This document shows positions 13,534 through 27,031 of a stretch of DNA of 52,273 bases, piece after piece. The notes beneath the pieces were generated by a model. The model was not told where the DNA came from, ran no database searches, and saw only the letters and a program-made list of their open reading frames with translations. Source of the DNA: Bigelowiella natans CCMP2755 (lineage: Eukaryota; Protista; Cercozoa); NCBI GenBank assembly GCA_000320545.1, contig ADNK01000180.1, forward strand, positions 1-52,273, given 5' to 3'. Made by a program: the position numbers and the translations under genes. Each line of letters begins with the position of its first letter. Positions within the stretch are counted from its first letter, which is position 1.

Positions 13534-15499
13534 TTGAGCAATTACTTCACATATCTCTATCTAAAAAGCCAAAAGATATTCTTCTAACCACTTACATCAA
13601 CATAAACATCGCCTCCACATTCTCCGTTTCTGTGTTTTCCTGATTGATCGTGATAATAACAATGTTGTTCAATTTGCGATGTGGACGAGGGATTAGCACT
13701 AAATATCATCAATCTAGCAGTTGTTTACTCTGTTGTTTATATATATATTAATCGTTATTTATGCTGCTGCTGCTGCTACCTTGCCCATGGGTGCCACGTT
13801 CAGCTACAAAGTGCACCTGTTTGGCGGCGGCGTGTGTTCAAAATTATGACTATTTGAGTAACAACAACTATAGGAACAACTATCATGTGCTTCTTCGCCT
13901 AAAATCAGATCATCCTATTTTCCCTTTCTTCTTCTTCTCCTTCTTCTTTTAGTATTGTTGTTCTTTTCCTACTGCCATAACATAAACTGCTCTATTTGCT
14001 AGTAGTAACCGAGCTGCGAAAACTCCGAAGAGTATTTTCGGCCTCATTGACCTAATATTATGGCAGTATTATCCTAAATGAGGATGATGATGTAGGATCA
14101 TTTTGTACCCCCCCCCTTTTTATTCTTCGACGATGACAGACATAACAGCTTCATCATCAACAACAACAACTGCTGCATTAGCGCATGTTTGCCGTCGTAA
14201 CATTATTTATAAGTAGCAAAAAAAGGGTTAATCATTATATTAATATTACTACTAACACCAACATAGTCCCCCTCTCACCCTAAGGTAGATTGAGCCTCCC
14301 TTTCCTCCACTTCCTCCTGTCGCAGTCTTTGACCAGTAAAATGCACACACACACACACACACACAAAACCACACATGTAAATTATATTATATTAATAGTT
14401 AATATGGCCAACGAAGGCACTGCTGACACACAGATAGATAATAATGATAATAACACGCATATACGATGACGAAGAATGCACGAACATTAGTTATCAAAAG
14501 AAAGCCTGTGTTCACGAATGTTGTCTTCATATTTAACGCAAAATACTGTTTGAATTATCACCATTCAAGTTGGTGGATGCAAGCAAAGCATGGATGAGAG
14601 AGTGAAAGAAAACCACCTTCTTTTGCCCTTTCCTAAGAGTTTCAAAAGCAACACAACCTAGATAGTATTAATTGTATAACATTTAATATAAAATTCCATT
14701 AAAGTAGTATCACATACACTCGCAAAAACAAAAACAACAACAACAACATACCATCGCCACCATTCCCTGCTTTTACGTGTATCTTTACAGCATCAAAGTA
14801 TCTGTAGTAGATTATAATAATATTGATGATAGTAAGAATCTTAATGATCATGATGATCATCATCATAAACAACGACGATTATCTGGGTAAATTTCTCTCA
14901 TAATATCTCAGGATAATAGCTGCTTGCACACACCTTGCCTCCTTTGGAGCAGTTCTTCGTACACGCCTCTCATCCCCCATGTCCATCCCGTAATCGTCCT
15001 GGTAATAATATCGAATGGTGGTGCTTACTTCTTGTCAATAATGTTGATCAATGTTCATGATATTTATGAAGAATCATATGTTATTGATTGATGAGTACCC
15101 AATAGGCATCTTCTTCCTCCTCCTCATCCAAAGGAACAGATAGGTCGTAAACAGCTTTAAACTTGGGTCGCTTCTTCTCAAAGCCCTTTTGAAGATCCGC
15201 ATCCTTTTATGTTAATAAACTTATCATGCATGATGGGGTTGTTATTAACTTTTGCGTAAGCTGTTCCTCCCCTTATTTTCAGAAATAATAATAATAATAA
15301 TAATGATAATAACTAATTGCTACTTCATACAACCTCCAGAAGGGTATCTACATACGCGCGGAGAAGAGTCGCATTGCCTTTTGGGACCTGATTAAAAAGA
15401 AATAGTGGTTGTTCGCTTTGAGAAGCATTTTCAATCTTGGATATGTCAATTGACAATATAGAAGGAAAATATATTAAAACAAATGCGTATTTCACGCGC

Positions 15500-15557
<58 letters not shown>

Positions 15558-16078
15558 GAACACAAACACCTGCACGTGTGTTTATTTCCCTGTTTGTGGA
15601 AAGATGCCATATATGCATACATTAGAACATACTCGCAAATCTACACTGTATTACACGCAAACACGTATAGAAATATACTACTAAAAATGTTTACGTATTA
15701 TTCATTCTAGTACCGGTATTTCATCTTCCTCCTCCTCATCCAGCCACTGCCATGAGGAACTCTGATTCAAAATGTATGTTCAACAATGTTTACGTAATGA
15801 ATACTGAGTTTGATTCTAATGCCCATAGTAGTCTATACCTTTGTACTCGCACGCAAAGATGTGTCGTCATAATCCCTCGTTTTTGCTCTCCGCAGCCATC
15901 TATTTCCACTACCTATATGTTGTTTTCCTTATTGTAGTCTCTAGCCTTTCTTGAGTGGAAGAAGTTATAAACTATAAAGTAAATACCTTTGCGAAGACTA
16001 CTGTAACCATTCCTGTTAATGCGAATAAAACTTCCGCTACTTCCAGCATGTGTAGCAGTGCTTGATCTACATACGTGG

Positions 16079-16146
<68 letters not shown>

Positions 16147-16180
16147 GTAAGAGGAGAGAGGTCAACCGAGCAATGCATAT

Positions 16181-16219
<39 letters not shown>

Positions 16220-16650
16220 CTTCCTGCAACTGGCAGATGAAACTGTAAATTGAACTTTTTACCTACTGAAAGGACTTCTTTGTAAGATGCTGCCAGCATA
16301 ATGATTATTCTTCAACATAGGAGGTATTAAGACACCAAACCAGCCAGAGATAATGAGCATTGCAAGAACAATTCGTGTCCTGCTGCACAGCTCTTGATGC
16401 CCACTACTGCGGACATGTTGTATTTGTCTGAGTTGTAAAAAGTATGTATGTATGTATTAACGATGTTGTTGTTCAACAATTTATGAGGCCCATATCTCTT
16501 CATCCTCCTCCTCCTCCTCCTTCTCCTCCTTAACGATGTTGTTGTTCAACAATTTATGAGGCCCATATCTCTTCCTCCTCCTCCTCCTCCTCCTCCTCCT
16601 CCTCCTTCCCATTCTTCTCTCGATAGTTGATGAAGTAGCAAGTACCCCAT
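9366..16650 (-). CDS. obg: Obg/CgtA family GTPase, plastid type (C-terminal OCT/DUF1967-like domain), with predicted bipartite targeting leader; more than 20 exons
   Basis: Spliced motifs [46 protein letters not shown]…AGKSTLL (G1), [11 protein letters not shown] (G2), [27 protein letters not shown] (G3), NKMD (G4), and [26 protein letters not shown]…F* (TGA 9366-9368). Start ATG GG|GT at 16650 splices in frame to 16427. Confidence 0.9.
12563..12748. repeat. Long imperfect (GAT/GAC)n trinucleotide microsatellite in an Obg intron
   Basis: About 185 nt of GAT interspersed with GAC, seen directly. Confidence 0.95.
16457..16602. repeat. Tandem duplication, 73-nt period, in Obg intron 1
   Basis: TTAACGATGTTGTTGTTCAACAATTTATGAGGCCCATATCTCTTC+(CCT)n occurs at 16457 and 16530. 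Confidence 0.95.
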
Positions 16651-17152
16651 GTTTGGTGGTTTAATGAATTGTGGTATCAGTGAGGACCTTTCTTCGGTTT
16701 GCTCGTACACCATCATTGCCACTATATTATAGGCCTAAATATCACTGCGACAACAACTATTCCTTGTCACACAAACTTAAAGTAAGTAGTTCCATTATTG
16801 TAAGGCTTTTAGGGTCTACGACATCACTCATAGCATGTCGTCTATATCGAATCGGCGACTGTGACCTTGCCGCGCCTGCCCCGAGCTGACCTTGCGGAAG
16901 AAGAACAAAATAAAGGACGGGGCGACGTGACAATACGACAGCGAAGAAGAAAGAAAAGAAGAGGAAAGCACAAGCAATAAGAACTTGGATAGAATAGGAG
17001 GTTAAACTGGTGAGTTAATCATCGTAAATCAACTTCCTGCGCTCTCTTCTCTATAATCGCTTTTCTTGCACAACCTTCTTGTACACTCAATCGTCGAAAT
17101 TTTTAACATGCAGAGGAGGCAGTTCTAATAGCGTTCAGCTTGAAACTTGTAG

Positions 17153-17767
17153 ATGATTGGAGAAGACATGCAACAACAAGTACTTCTACTACTTCGAGCA
17201 CCACCATCGGATTGGAAGATAGGAACTGTGAGGCAGTATGCATCACTGGCGAAGCCGAAGCAGAAGAAAAAAATAATCGAAAGGGCAGGTCGCGGTTATC
17301 AGAAGCTGATCTCCAAGGATGACTACTTTGGTGAGCAACTACACCTTGCTCGAGTTGAAATTGTGTAGGGAATGTGTGCAAGCTCCTCCCTCCCTCCTCC
17401 TGTCGATAATGAACGATGTTCGTGGATGATGATGATGATGCTGCTGCTTTCAGACATTGAACTTGAAGAGCACAAAAAGCAAGAAGAATTGTTAAAACGT
17501 CGTGCCGCGAATCGGAAAAAAATGGAATTGCCAAAGCATGTTAACATGGAGGACAAATATGCACTATTGGGTACTTCTTCTTCTTCTTTCGATATTATTC
17601 AATGGCCACCTTTATTATTATTACATGAGAATCATGTACCTTATATCTACCATTACCTAGGTTTGTCTGGGACGCATGTGATGAGCACAGAGGAAGACAT
17701 TCGAAATGCATACAGGTCTCAGAAAGAAAGGGGAAAACATATAATCAGCAAGGCATTACTCATATGT

Positions 17768-17809
<42 letters not shown>

Positions 17810-19230
17810 CAGGCGCGTTTCACTTTCTTATCATCCTGACAAAGCAGCACCTGAACAGCGTGAGGAGGTAGTATATGATAGAGGTTTACGCACAACAACT
17901 TACATACATACCATACCATACCACTTGGTCAAAATTCATATTTCTTTTTCTTCTTCCTCCAATAAAACTTAGGCTGAAACTCTGTATAAAGCCATGCAAG
18001 ATGCTTATGATACTCTTATCGACCCAATCCGACGGCGAATTTATGATTCAGCACGTGGTGCGTAAAATAAATACAGCAACAATATGCCCAGCAATGTTAC
18101 AATACTTCTTTATAGTGATGATCGATCTATTCAATTCAATTCATTCAGAATTTGATGATACGATACCGGCTGAAGATGAAGGAAAAGGTGGAAAAGAAAG
18201 AAAGAAAGCTGTTTTATGAACAACGTGTTAGATGATGATGCTGTAAACTATAACCATTTTAATTGAGTATGGCTGCTACTGCTTTGCTCAAGGGAAAGAA
18301 GCAGAGAAATTCTTTGAGATATATGGCCCAGTTTTCAAAAGAAATGGATGGTTCTCCAAGGTTTGCTCATTCATTGCTGCATAATCACAATTTCGAGCTT
18401 CTAGAATCGAAGTCCTTCTCCACCCCTCTGTTGAATCGTCTCTCTCTCTCTCTCTTCTAGAATTGAAGTCCTTCTCCACCCCTCTGTTGAATCGTCTCTC
18501 TCTCTCTCTCTCTCCTAAAGGTGAAGCCTGTTCCAGAGCTAGGAGACATCAACACACCCGACGACGAGATGAATGCATTCTACGATTTCTGGCTTTCTTT
18601 CTCATCCTGGAGAGAATTTAGCCATGACGATGAGGTGCTTTCATTCTTTTATCTCTTAGTCATCATTTGGTTGTTTGAGGAGGAGGAGGGGAAATGATTA
18701 ATTAACATATCATCATCCCATCGATGAACGTTGTTCTTTTTTTTAAAGCACAAAGTCGAAGATGCAGAATCACGTGAAGAGAGGAGATGGATGGAACGAG
18801 AAAATAAAAAATTGGTTGCGGAGCAGGTGCTGCATTGATTGAATGAATGAATGAATGATGATGATGATGATGATGCCATATATGAGATAAGATGGAAGTT
18901 GATGAGTTTTTTGCTTACTTCGTCCTCCTCCTCCTCCTCCTCCTCCTCCTCCTCCTTCTCACGTGTTAATTAATGGGACAGGTCAAGAAGGAAAAGAAGA
19001 GAATACGGAGGATGGTAAATAATGCTATGAGAATAGACCCGAGGATACTCAGGTAGCATGTTTTTTTGTCGAAATATGATCAATAATCACTCTACTACTA
19101 CTAATAATAATATGATGATGATGATAGTGATGTGTTGTTGTCATCATCATCATCAGAATAAGGCGTAGGGAGAAAGAGGCCAGGGAAGCCAGGAAACGTG
19201 CCAAAAATGAGGTAGGACAGCATTTTTCTG

Positions 19231-19263
<33 letters not shown>

Positions 19264-20201
19264 GTATGACGACTATCTATCAAGAGAGCAGCAAAGGAAA
19301 GAGGAAGAATAGTGCATACATCATAGTGCTGAATTACTACTTTATCTTGCAATAATGTCTACTCCTCGATGTTTAGAAGGATAACGCAAAAATACTCAAC
19401 CAGAGGCTGATTGTCATTCCTATTATTTGATGTAATGCTTGCTGCATAGGCGCGCCTCAAACGAGAAGCAGAGAGGAAGGCAATCGAAGATGTACGTACT
19501 ACTTGTTTTTCATAATTGCATATTAACAAGTACTATTCCTTTATCACTCCTATTGAGGGGTACTTATCTTAAGTTCTTCTAAACAACAGGCAGAAAAAAA
19601 GGAAGAAGAGGAAAAAAAACGAGAAATTGCTCAGAAAAAGGCTGATGAAAAGAGGGAAAGGGAGGCTTTCAAACGAATCCGCAAAAAGTACTACATGATT
19701 TCTGATCACTTACATCATCATCCTGTACTTTGAAATCAATTGTAATTCACACACAGAAGATTGATGATTGTGGCATGCATGTCACACAAGCACAAACTCA
19801 TAATGATAATGATGATGATGATGATGATGTGCTTATTAGATTCAGGCATTGCTGCAAGAAAGAGTATGGCATTTCCAAGTTTGACGTGGACACATTTGTC
19901 GAGAGGGTATCAGTATCAGTATGTATGTATCTATGTATGTATGTATGTATGTATTACGATAGATGCAAAAAATAAGCAGGTACTACCTATAATCCCCCAC
20001 CAACAAACATCATGCTGCCATGTCATCATGCCTATAACAAATAATATCTTCTAAATCCAGCTCACTCCCGAGAAGTTAAAGGATCTTTACTCAAAAATTG
20101 AAACTGTTACGGAAGAAGGAAAGAAGGTGTAGTTGATAATAATAATAAGCATCACTCGATGATATGTATATGTAAATGGTATATAAATATATCAATAATC
20201 A

Positions 20202-20238
<37 letters not shown>

Positions 20239-21644
20239 GTATAAATGCTAGCTAATGGAAATAATGAGTGCATCTATCACCGATAATGGGCTCCTAAAAC
20301 GCTGAATTTGATGATGCTGCAGTTGATTCAAGAAACTCTGAAGAACATAGAAAGGGAAAAGAAAGAGGTTGGTTACTCATGATGATACTTATCAAAACAA
20401 CATTTCATATCGTCGTTTTTCAATGACATCATCAATTATTCTTCAGATGCTACTTCAACGTGAGAAGGGAAAAGAACTCAGGGAAGCACAGCAACGAATG
20501 GAGGAAGCTATGAAAGTACGTATTATTGTCTTGGCGAAGTTTGTCTTGAGTGTTGTATGGTCGTCGTAGTAGTTGTAGTTGTAGTTGTAGTAGTATCATG
20601 TCTCTGAATTGATTTATCCACGCACGCACGTCACAGATCGAGGAAGAAAAAAAACGAGCAGTATGGTCTGATATTGAGCTCATGTGGTTAGCAAAGGTAT
20701 GTAGTACTACGAAGAAGAAGAAGAAGAAGAGGAACAAGTAGCTACAATATTTACCTCCTCCATATTCTTCTCATGCTGTCACACATAAACACTAGAATCT
20801 CTATCCTATCACTATTTACTACTTCGTTGTTCAGGCTGTACAGAAGTATCCTTCTGGTTGCCACAATCGATGGGGGCAGATTCGCGACATGGTAATTAGC
20901 GATCTTCAGTCATCCTCACTAACATGTATATTCTTTGTCTTGCTTCTTCTTCTTCCTTTTCATTATTTTATCAAATGTTGTATGGATCTACTATCTACGT
21001 GTGTGTAGGTAAATCTGATGGCGAAAAACCCTACTAACAAAGAGCGTACAGAGAAGGATGTACGTGGTGTATGTAGTAGACAGACAGTGCTGCTGGAAAC
21101 AACAACAACAACAACAACAACAGCAACAACAACAGCAGCATTCTGCATGTCTTCTGACAACAATACCAGCATTTAACAACACCATCACAACCACCACTAC
21201 ACACACTATACAACAATTATTCATCATCATCATCATTATCATCATCATCATTAGGTAATAAAGCAAGTGAGGATTATGAACCAAAAGAAGTTACAAACCG
21301 GTGGATAATATTCGTAGTAGTAGTAGTTGTAGTAGTAGTAGTAATAGTAGTAGTAATAGCAGTAGTAGCAGTAGTAGTAGTAGTAGTAGCAGCAGTAGTA
21401 GTTTAGTCTTGAAAATGAGGTGTTCTTCAGCTTTCTTATTAGCACCCCATGGTTTGGGTCTATTACTATTGTTATTATTGTTTTAAGGTTTCTCTACGGC
21501 TTACAACAAAAAGTTGAAGTTCTCTGCTGGTTGATTATATTAGAAGAGATTCCTTCCTTTCGTGCAGCAGCAGCAGCCGCAGCAGTACCCTAGACGTAGA
21601 AGACGAATGAGTACAAGACTAATTGCATCTACTGATTAATTCTT

Positions 21645-21676
<32 letters not shown>

Positions 21677-21950
21677 ATAACAGGTGACAAAACCAATAAT
21701 ATGAGTAGTACCACCACTTCCGGTTCTCAAGAGCGGTCTAAAGGGGTTGTGAAGAAAGAAGGTAAGAATGGTGATGATCATGATGATGCTGATGAAACAA
21801 ACCACCATAATTGCGTTTCCATGAGACGTACGTCATTCTCATTACTAATTGGATGCAAACAAGCAGGGGGAAAATCTATTAAATCTGCTCAGTTGCAAGA
21901 AAGCAAGAAGCAGAAAAGGAAGAAAAAGAACTCATCTAAAAAAAAGGGTA

Positions 21951-21982
<32 letters not shown>

Positions 21983-22179
21983 TGGATTAGTTGTAGGAAC
22001 AAATCGTCCTCTACCTCTTAGAACAAAAAGAACCCATCATCATCATCATCATCCATTTTAAGAAAAACTTGTCGTTTTCTGTGTAAAATGAAATGATGTT
22101 GCTTGAATCAATATCTGATGATCGATCCACTCACTCACTCACCACCTTCTAGGTTCAAAAGAAAAACTGGAGACAGCAG

Positions 22180-22217
<38 letters not shown>

Positions 22218-22316
22218 GCAAGCGAGTCAGAGCCTAGCAAAGGTGAGGTGGATGATGAAGTTTATTTCGCACAATACTACTACCGGGGGAATATCATAAT
22301 ATAATTATCACACACA

Positions 22317-22350
<34 letters not shown>

Positions 22351-22425
22351 TATGAACACGGACACACGCACAAAGTCACATAATACACACAAACACACAC
22401 ACATACACACACACACACACAGACA

Positions 22426-22464
<39 letters not shown>

Positions 22465-22576
22465 CGAAGAGAGGGAGAAAGAGATGGTTCTAGAAATGCA
22501 CATTCATATGTGCGCGATATGTAATAAAAACATCTCCTTTTTTTTTATTGACGTGGCATGTGCCATATGTGTGCAC

Positions 22577-22619
<43 letters not shown>

Positions 22620-22925
22620 AACAGAATGGAGTGCTGTACAACAAGCTGCCTTAGAGACTGCTCTAAGAAATGTCGGATGATTTTTCAACACCACAATTCC
22701 TACAATTAAAATTTAACGATTGATATATTTTCACAGACCCCCAAAGGCCCAGAACGTTGGGATCAAATTGCAGAGAAGGTGGATTTTATTTGGAATATGA
22801 CAAATATATATTATTTCAGCAATATGTCTGCTTTTACACAGGTTCCTGGTAAATCCAAAAAGGATTGTGTGCGCCGGTTTAAGGAGATACGAGCCAAAAT
22901 CATGGCTCAGCGAGCTGCGAAATAA
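17153..22925 (+). CDS. DNAJC2: DNAJC2/MPP11/zuotin-like ribosome-associated J protein (J domain, zuotin homology domain, two SANT/Myb repeats)
   Basis: Spliced motifs DKYALLG, EEDIRNAYR/RVSLSYHPDK, YDTLIDPIRRRIYDS, FYDFWLSFSSWREF, AESREERRWMERENK, WSDIELMWLAK/AVQKYPSGCHNRWGQI, WSAVQQAALETAL…ERWDQIAEK/VPGKSKKDCVRRFKEIR…K* (TAA 22923-22925). Confidence 0.92.
18398..18514. repeat. Tandem duplication, 56-nt period, in a DNAJC2 intron
   Basis: CTTCTAGAAT(C/T)GAAGTCCTTCTCCACCCCTCTGTTGAATCG+(TC)n occurs twice. Confidence 0.95.
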
Positions 22926-24113
22926 TAGTAGATACGGTGATGTTGCTCATTACTGTAGATTTTTATGTTTGCTATGCAGTGCGATCCGATGTCGTTTAAT
23001 AACACGACGCCTACGTGCTAGCGTGATATGACATGGTATGTGTCCTAGCAATACATAATCCTGCTGATGTGCCATCTAGCCATCCTTGTGGACTGTTGTT
23101 GTTCCGCTGGCTGATGCGCATGCAAATGCTTTGTTCTAGTGTTTGAGCAGCAGCTGAAGTGCGTAGTCTTCATTAATCATTTGCGCTACGCAGCGAGCAT
23201 GTGCGCTAGCTAGCTTACAGTGCATTGTCAGTGCAATGATCCGCAGAATTGCAGCGTAGTTGTTTTTGCTTTTGCTTGAAAAAATGAAAACTCTGATTTC
23301 TAAAGATTTCCCAACTTTGCCCAATGACTTTCAATACACAAAAACTGAGGTGTCTCCTCGAGATTTTGGATTTGGGCCTGACCACTTGTGCTGCGTGTCA
23401 GATTGCTCTTGATGAACGGCTCAGAGGAACAGTTTCCTGCAACGCACTCCTGCTGTGTGCTTGGAGCCAGTTAGAACCAAAGTGGATCGATGAGGTTTTT
23501 CTCCTTGCATGGCACGCAGATGGCTGAATTTTGGGCAATGAAAGTGAAATTTATTCTCGCGAAAACTGGCGGAACGAGATGAGCCGATGGAACACAAAAC
23601 TTGCATCACATCGATTCCGTGCACATCTAGACATGTGCGTTGCTCCTGCCCACATGTGCACACATGTCATGGCCCCGCTCGTCACACAGCCCAATGTTGC
23701 ACGGTTTGGGCTTTAAGCTGTGATGTAGTGAGGGCGCAGATCGCGACATACGAGGAGGTTCGGATTGATCATTATTGCTAGTTATTTTTGCGACTGTAGT
23801 TACAGAAGGACATGCATGTCGACTACCGATGTCATCACTGAAATCACCCAAATTGCATGCAGCAGCTATCTAGTAATGGCATTGCTTCTTTCAATTGTGC
23901 ATCTATGCGCACGCCGTCATGTGCATGGTCAACATATTGCGATGCGTAGCAACTACACATGGACGCTACATCATTGCAAGATGCCCCAGAGCATGGACAC
24001 TGTATACATAATTAGCGGTTTATGATACTAATTGGTGAGATATCACCAATCCTAATACTATTATCCTCAGGACTAATAGATTGAGTGCAAAATGCAATGA
24101 TATGGACATAAAT
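22926..24113. other. Convergent intergenic spacer S3, palindrome-rich
   Basis: GCTAGC, CATCTAGAC, TGCA, CATG and CACATGTG are frequent. Confidence 0.7.
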
Positions 24114-25043
24114 CTACTCATCATCATCACTGAAGTCAATGGCATCGTCTTCTTCTTCTTCCTTCTTCTCTTCCTTTTTCTCCTCACCGCCAGAAGGTCC
24201 AGCAACAACCTTGAAAGCATCAGGGTTTGCAAGGTAATCCTCGAATGGTTGTGCAATTTCGAGCTTATACGCAGTCTCAATAGAGAAAGCAATAACTTTT
24301 CGCACAGCGTTGGACATGAGGTGTGGGAGAGAAGCAATGGAAGGATATCCAAGACCGAGGGAAATGCAAGATGCTTGAATGAGACCGCCAGCAAACATTT
24401 TCATGATGTCATCGTCGGTCAAATCAAGAACTGCAGCAGGATAGCAGCTTCCACCCTCAAATACATAGTTGACTTTAATCCCAAAGAAGAATGGCTTCAT
24501 GTTGAGCTTAGCAAGCAAACCAGCTGCGGAGGCACTTACCTTTTCACCTTCGGTACACATCTGAACCCTAGCGATGATTTCAATAGCTCCTCTATTAATC
24601 TTGGTTGCGATGTTGAGAGCCTGGAAGAATGCAGTCTGACCAGGATCCAAACCAGTAGGACCAGGTTCAACGTAGACGTCACAAGGTGCAATCTGTCCAG
24701 TTTTAGCTGGAGCAGGATCACGGTTCTCTGAGACAGTATCACGAAGTTCGATGAGGTCACCGTTGGTAAAAATGAAACCAATGTTGCCTCGAATAACATT
24801 AAGCAACGACTCTAGCGTAGGGTCCGCCTTCATTTCTCTGCGTAGAATCTTACGAATAACCGTATTCTTTCCCATCAAAATCTGAGCTTTTCCACGAAGC
24901 TTGTGGCGGGTCTCGGACATCTGTTTGGAACCGACGTTGTCCACCGTGATGACAAGCATTCTCTTGAAGCTGGAGAGGCAGTTGAGAAGCGTCTTCTCAT
25001 ATTTCACTTTACGTGGGTGGATGACTTTTTGTGGGGTGGACAT
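24114..25043 (-). CDS. RPLP0: 60S acidic ribosomal protein P0 (uL10); coding region intronless
   Basis: MSTPQKVIHPRK…DNVGSKQM…LRGKAQILMGKNTVIRK…RGNIGFIFTN…GPTGLDPGQTAFFQALNIATKINRGAIEI…IDFSDDDE*. Likely ATG at 25043; a probable 5'UTR intron lies upstream (acceptor ttcag/acag about 25069-25090). Confidence 0.97.
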   Translation of the reverse strand: MSTPQKVIHPRKVKYEKTLLNCLSSFKRMLVITVDNVGSKQMSETRHKLRGKAQILMGKNTVIRKILRREMKADPTLESLLNVIRGNIGFIFTNGDLIELRDTVSENRDPAPAKTGQIAPCDVYVEPGPTGLDPGQTAFFQALNIATKINRGAIEIIARVQMCTEGEKVSASAAGLLAKLNMKPFFFGIKVNYVFEGGSCYPAAVLDLTDDDIMKMFAGGLIQASCISLGLGYPSIASLPHLMSNAVRKVIAFSIETAYKLEIAQPFEDYLANPDAFKVVAGPSGGEEKKEEKKEEEEDDAIDFSDDDE

Positions 25044-25632
25044 GGTTGGAACGGAGGAGACTGAGTCCTGTAACGCAATCAATTTAACCTGAAAAAGGAA
25101 CAGTATTTCAGTAAGGGAAGGGGGGAGGCAACCACGATCTCCGCGACCTTCGTTCGATACTGACTTGCCCAATCAGTCCGAAGAGAAGAATATACAAAAG
25201 GATTTCAGGAGCATTAATTGCATTTTCCTCAATTTTGACTTGTCTCCAACCTAATCTTCGCTGGAATTCGGATATGACTATGGAAAATTTGTTTCGAAAA
25301 GATATCTCCGATTAAATTCTCCGATGCAGATAATCTCGTGAGAGCCGTCATCAGTAATAATCTGTTGAAGAAGTCCGAGAGCAAATTCTGAAAGGGAAAC
25401 TTCGAAGTCCTGGAAGTCCTTGATGTGTTGGGGGAAAAAAAAAAAAACGATTTGCATTTTCCAACATTAAGAAGATAAAGAGATGTCGTAGATAAAAATA
25501 GCATCAAGAATCGCCCCTTCATTAGCCGGCATCATCATCATCATCATCATCATCTCGTAAACACATTTCCAATCCCGCCGCTGTGTCTTCTTCTTCTTCT
25601 TCTTCTTCTTCTTCTTCTTCTTCTTCTTCGCA

Positions 25633-26503
25633 ATGAGTAGCAGCCTCTCTCAGGTATGCGTTAACATTCGCAAGAAATGTTTTTGGTTACCATCGCGGTA
25701 TGTCCCGCAATTAGGGTTCAATTTCAGGGCAATACTTTGCCATAAACACACACCTACCGTTTTGACACGAGTTTTTTGTTCGCCAGAATGAGGATCTGGA
25801 AAGGGTCTTCCGCGTCCGAACAACACTTTTGGAAGTAAAATAAGATATCTTGTGGTTGTAGTGTATTGATCGTCCATAATTTTCTTCATTGGTGACTTGC
25901 ATTTGTTGCAGCAGAGACATTTGATGAAACACATTAGCTGACACCACGCTATAATAATCAATCAGATGCTCGAAGAGCGAGGATACATCGTTGGAGAGAA
26001 AGAGAAGAGCGTCACGCTTGATGCTTTCAAGAAGGAATACAAAGATACATCGTAAGTACTCTATGGCTATGTTACTTTTGTTCTTAGACAATTGAATGCG
26101 GCAGGAGGGACAATGTGACATTGTTCGGGACAAAAGGAAGTAAAGATCCAGAGGACAGAATACTGGTATTTTTCTGCGAGGACAAGAAGCTCAAAACCAG
26201 CGATTTGAAAATGTAACTTACTGTTGAACAAAACTGATAATCTTCAAAATTATTGCATTCATACAGAGCCTAAATAAATGATTCTGTAGGTATGAGAGCA
26301 GAATGATTGAGGGAAATGTCACCCGTGCAATCATCGTCTACCAAGTATCAATCACGTCTCTTGTTAAACAGGTAAGTTGCAACGAATGTTAGACCAACTT
26401 ACCGATAAACTTATTGAGAAGGGCGATGCAAATTATCAGGGAATCGAGGAATCCAAAAATTATCACTTTGAGGTGGTTTTAATCTGCTAGTGATCCTTCA
26501 TAA

Positions 26504-26552
<49 letters not shown>

Positions 26553-27031
26553 TGTTATACATATATTTGAATATAATTCTACTTAGACCTTCATGGAAGC
26601 CGAACTACTAGTCAACATAACAAAGCACCGTTATGTGCCTCGCCATCAAGTTCTTTCTTCTAAGGAGAAGGCAACCTTGCTTAAGAAATAGTAAATTAAT
26701 TCAGAAACAAAACAGTTTTCAATTTTCCTGGAGAACAGAACTCACAGATATTTTTTTGGCCATAGCTGCCGATGATCTTGAATTTTTCCTGTCATGAGAT
26801 TTTAATTTAGAATACTACGTATATTCAGTCATCTCAAGGAAACCCAGCTTCCTCGTATGCAAAGGGCCGATGCTATCGCTAGATTTTATGGCCTTAGACC
26901 TGGCCAGGTATAATCTACAATATTCTTTGTTTTCATCGAAAGATAAGATTTTGCAAATTTTCCAGGTTGTAAAGATATACAGACAGAGCGAAACAGCAGG
27001 ACGCTACGTGACGTACAGGATCGTTTTATAA
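25633..27031 (+). CDS. RPB5: RNA polymerases I/II/III shared subunit RPB5
   Basis: Spliced: MSSSLSQ/NEDLERVFRVRTTLLE/MLEERGY…/FMEAELLVNITKHRYVPRHQVLS…/LKETQLPRMQRADAIARFYGLRPGQ/VVKIYRQSETAGRYVTYRIVL*. Confidence 0.96.

Noticed and set aside
16457-18514. CRISPR-like repeats
   Set aside because: Only two-copy tandem duplications without unique spacers; eukaryotic context and no cas genes.
24081-24731. 216-aa plus-strand ORF
   Set aside because: Antisense shadow of RPLP0.
25044-25172. N-terminal extension of RPLP0 in the ORF track
   Set aside because: Non-ATG start and it runs through a polypyrimidine/AG acceptor; probably a 5'UTR intron.
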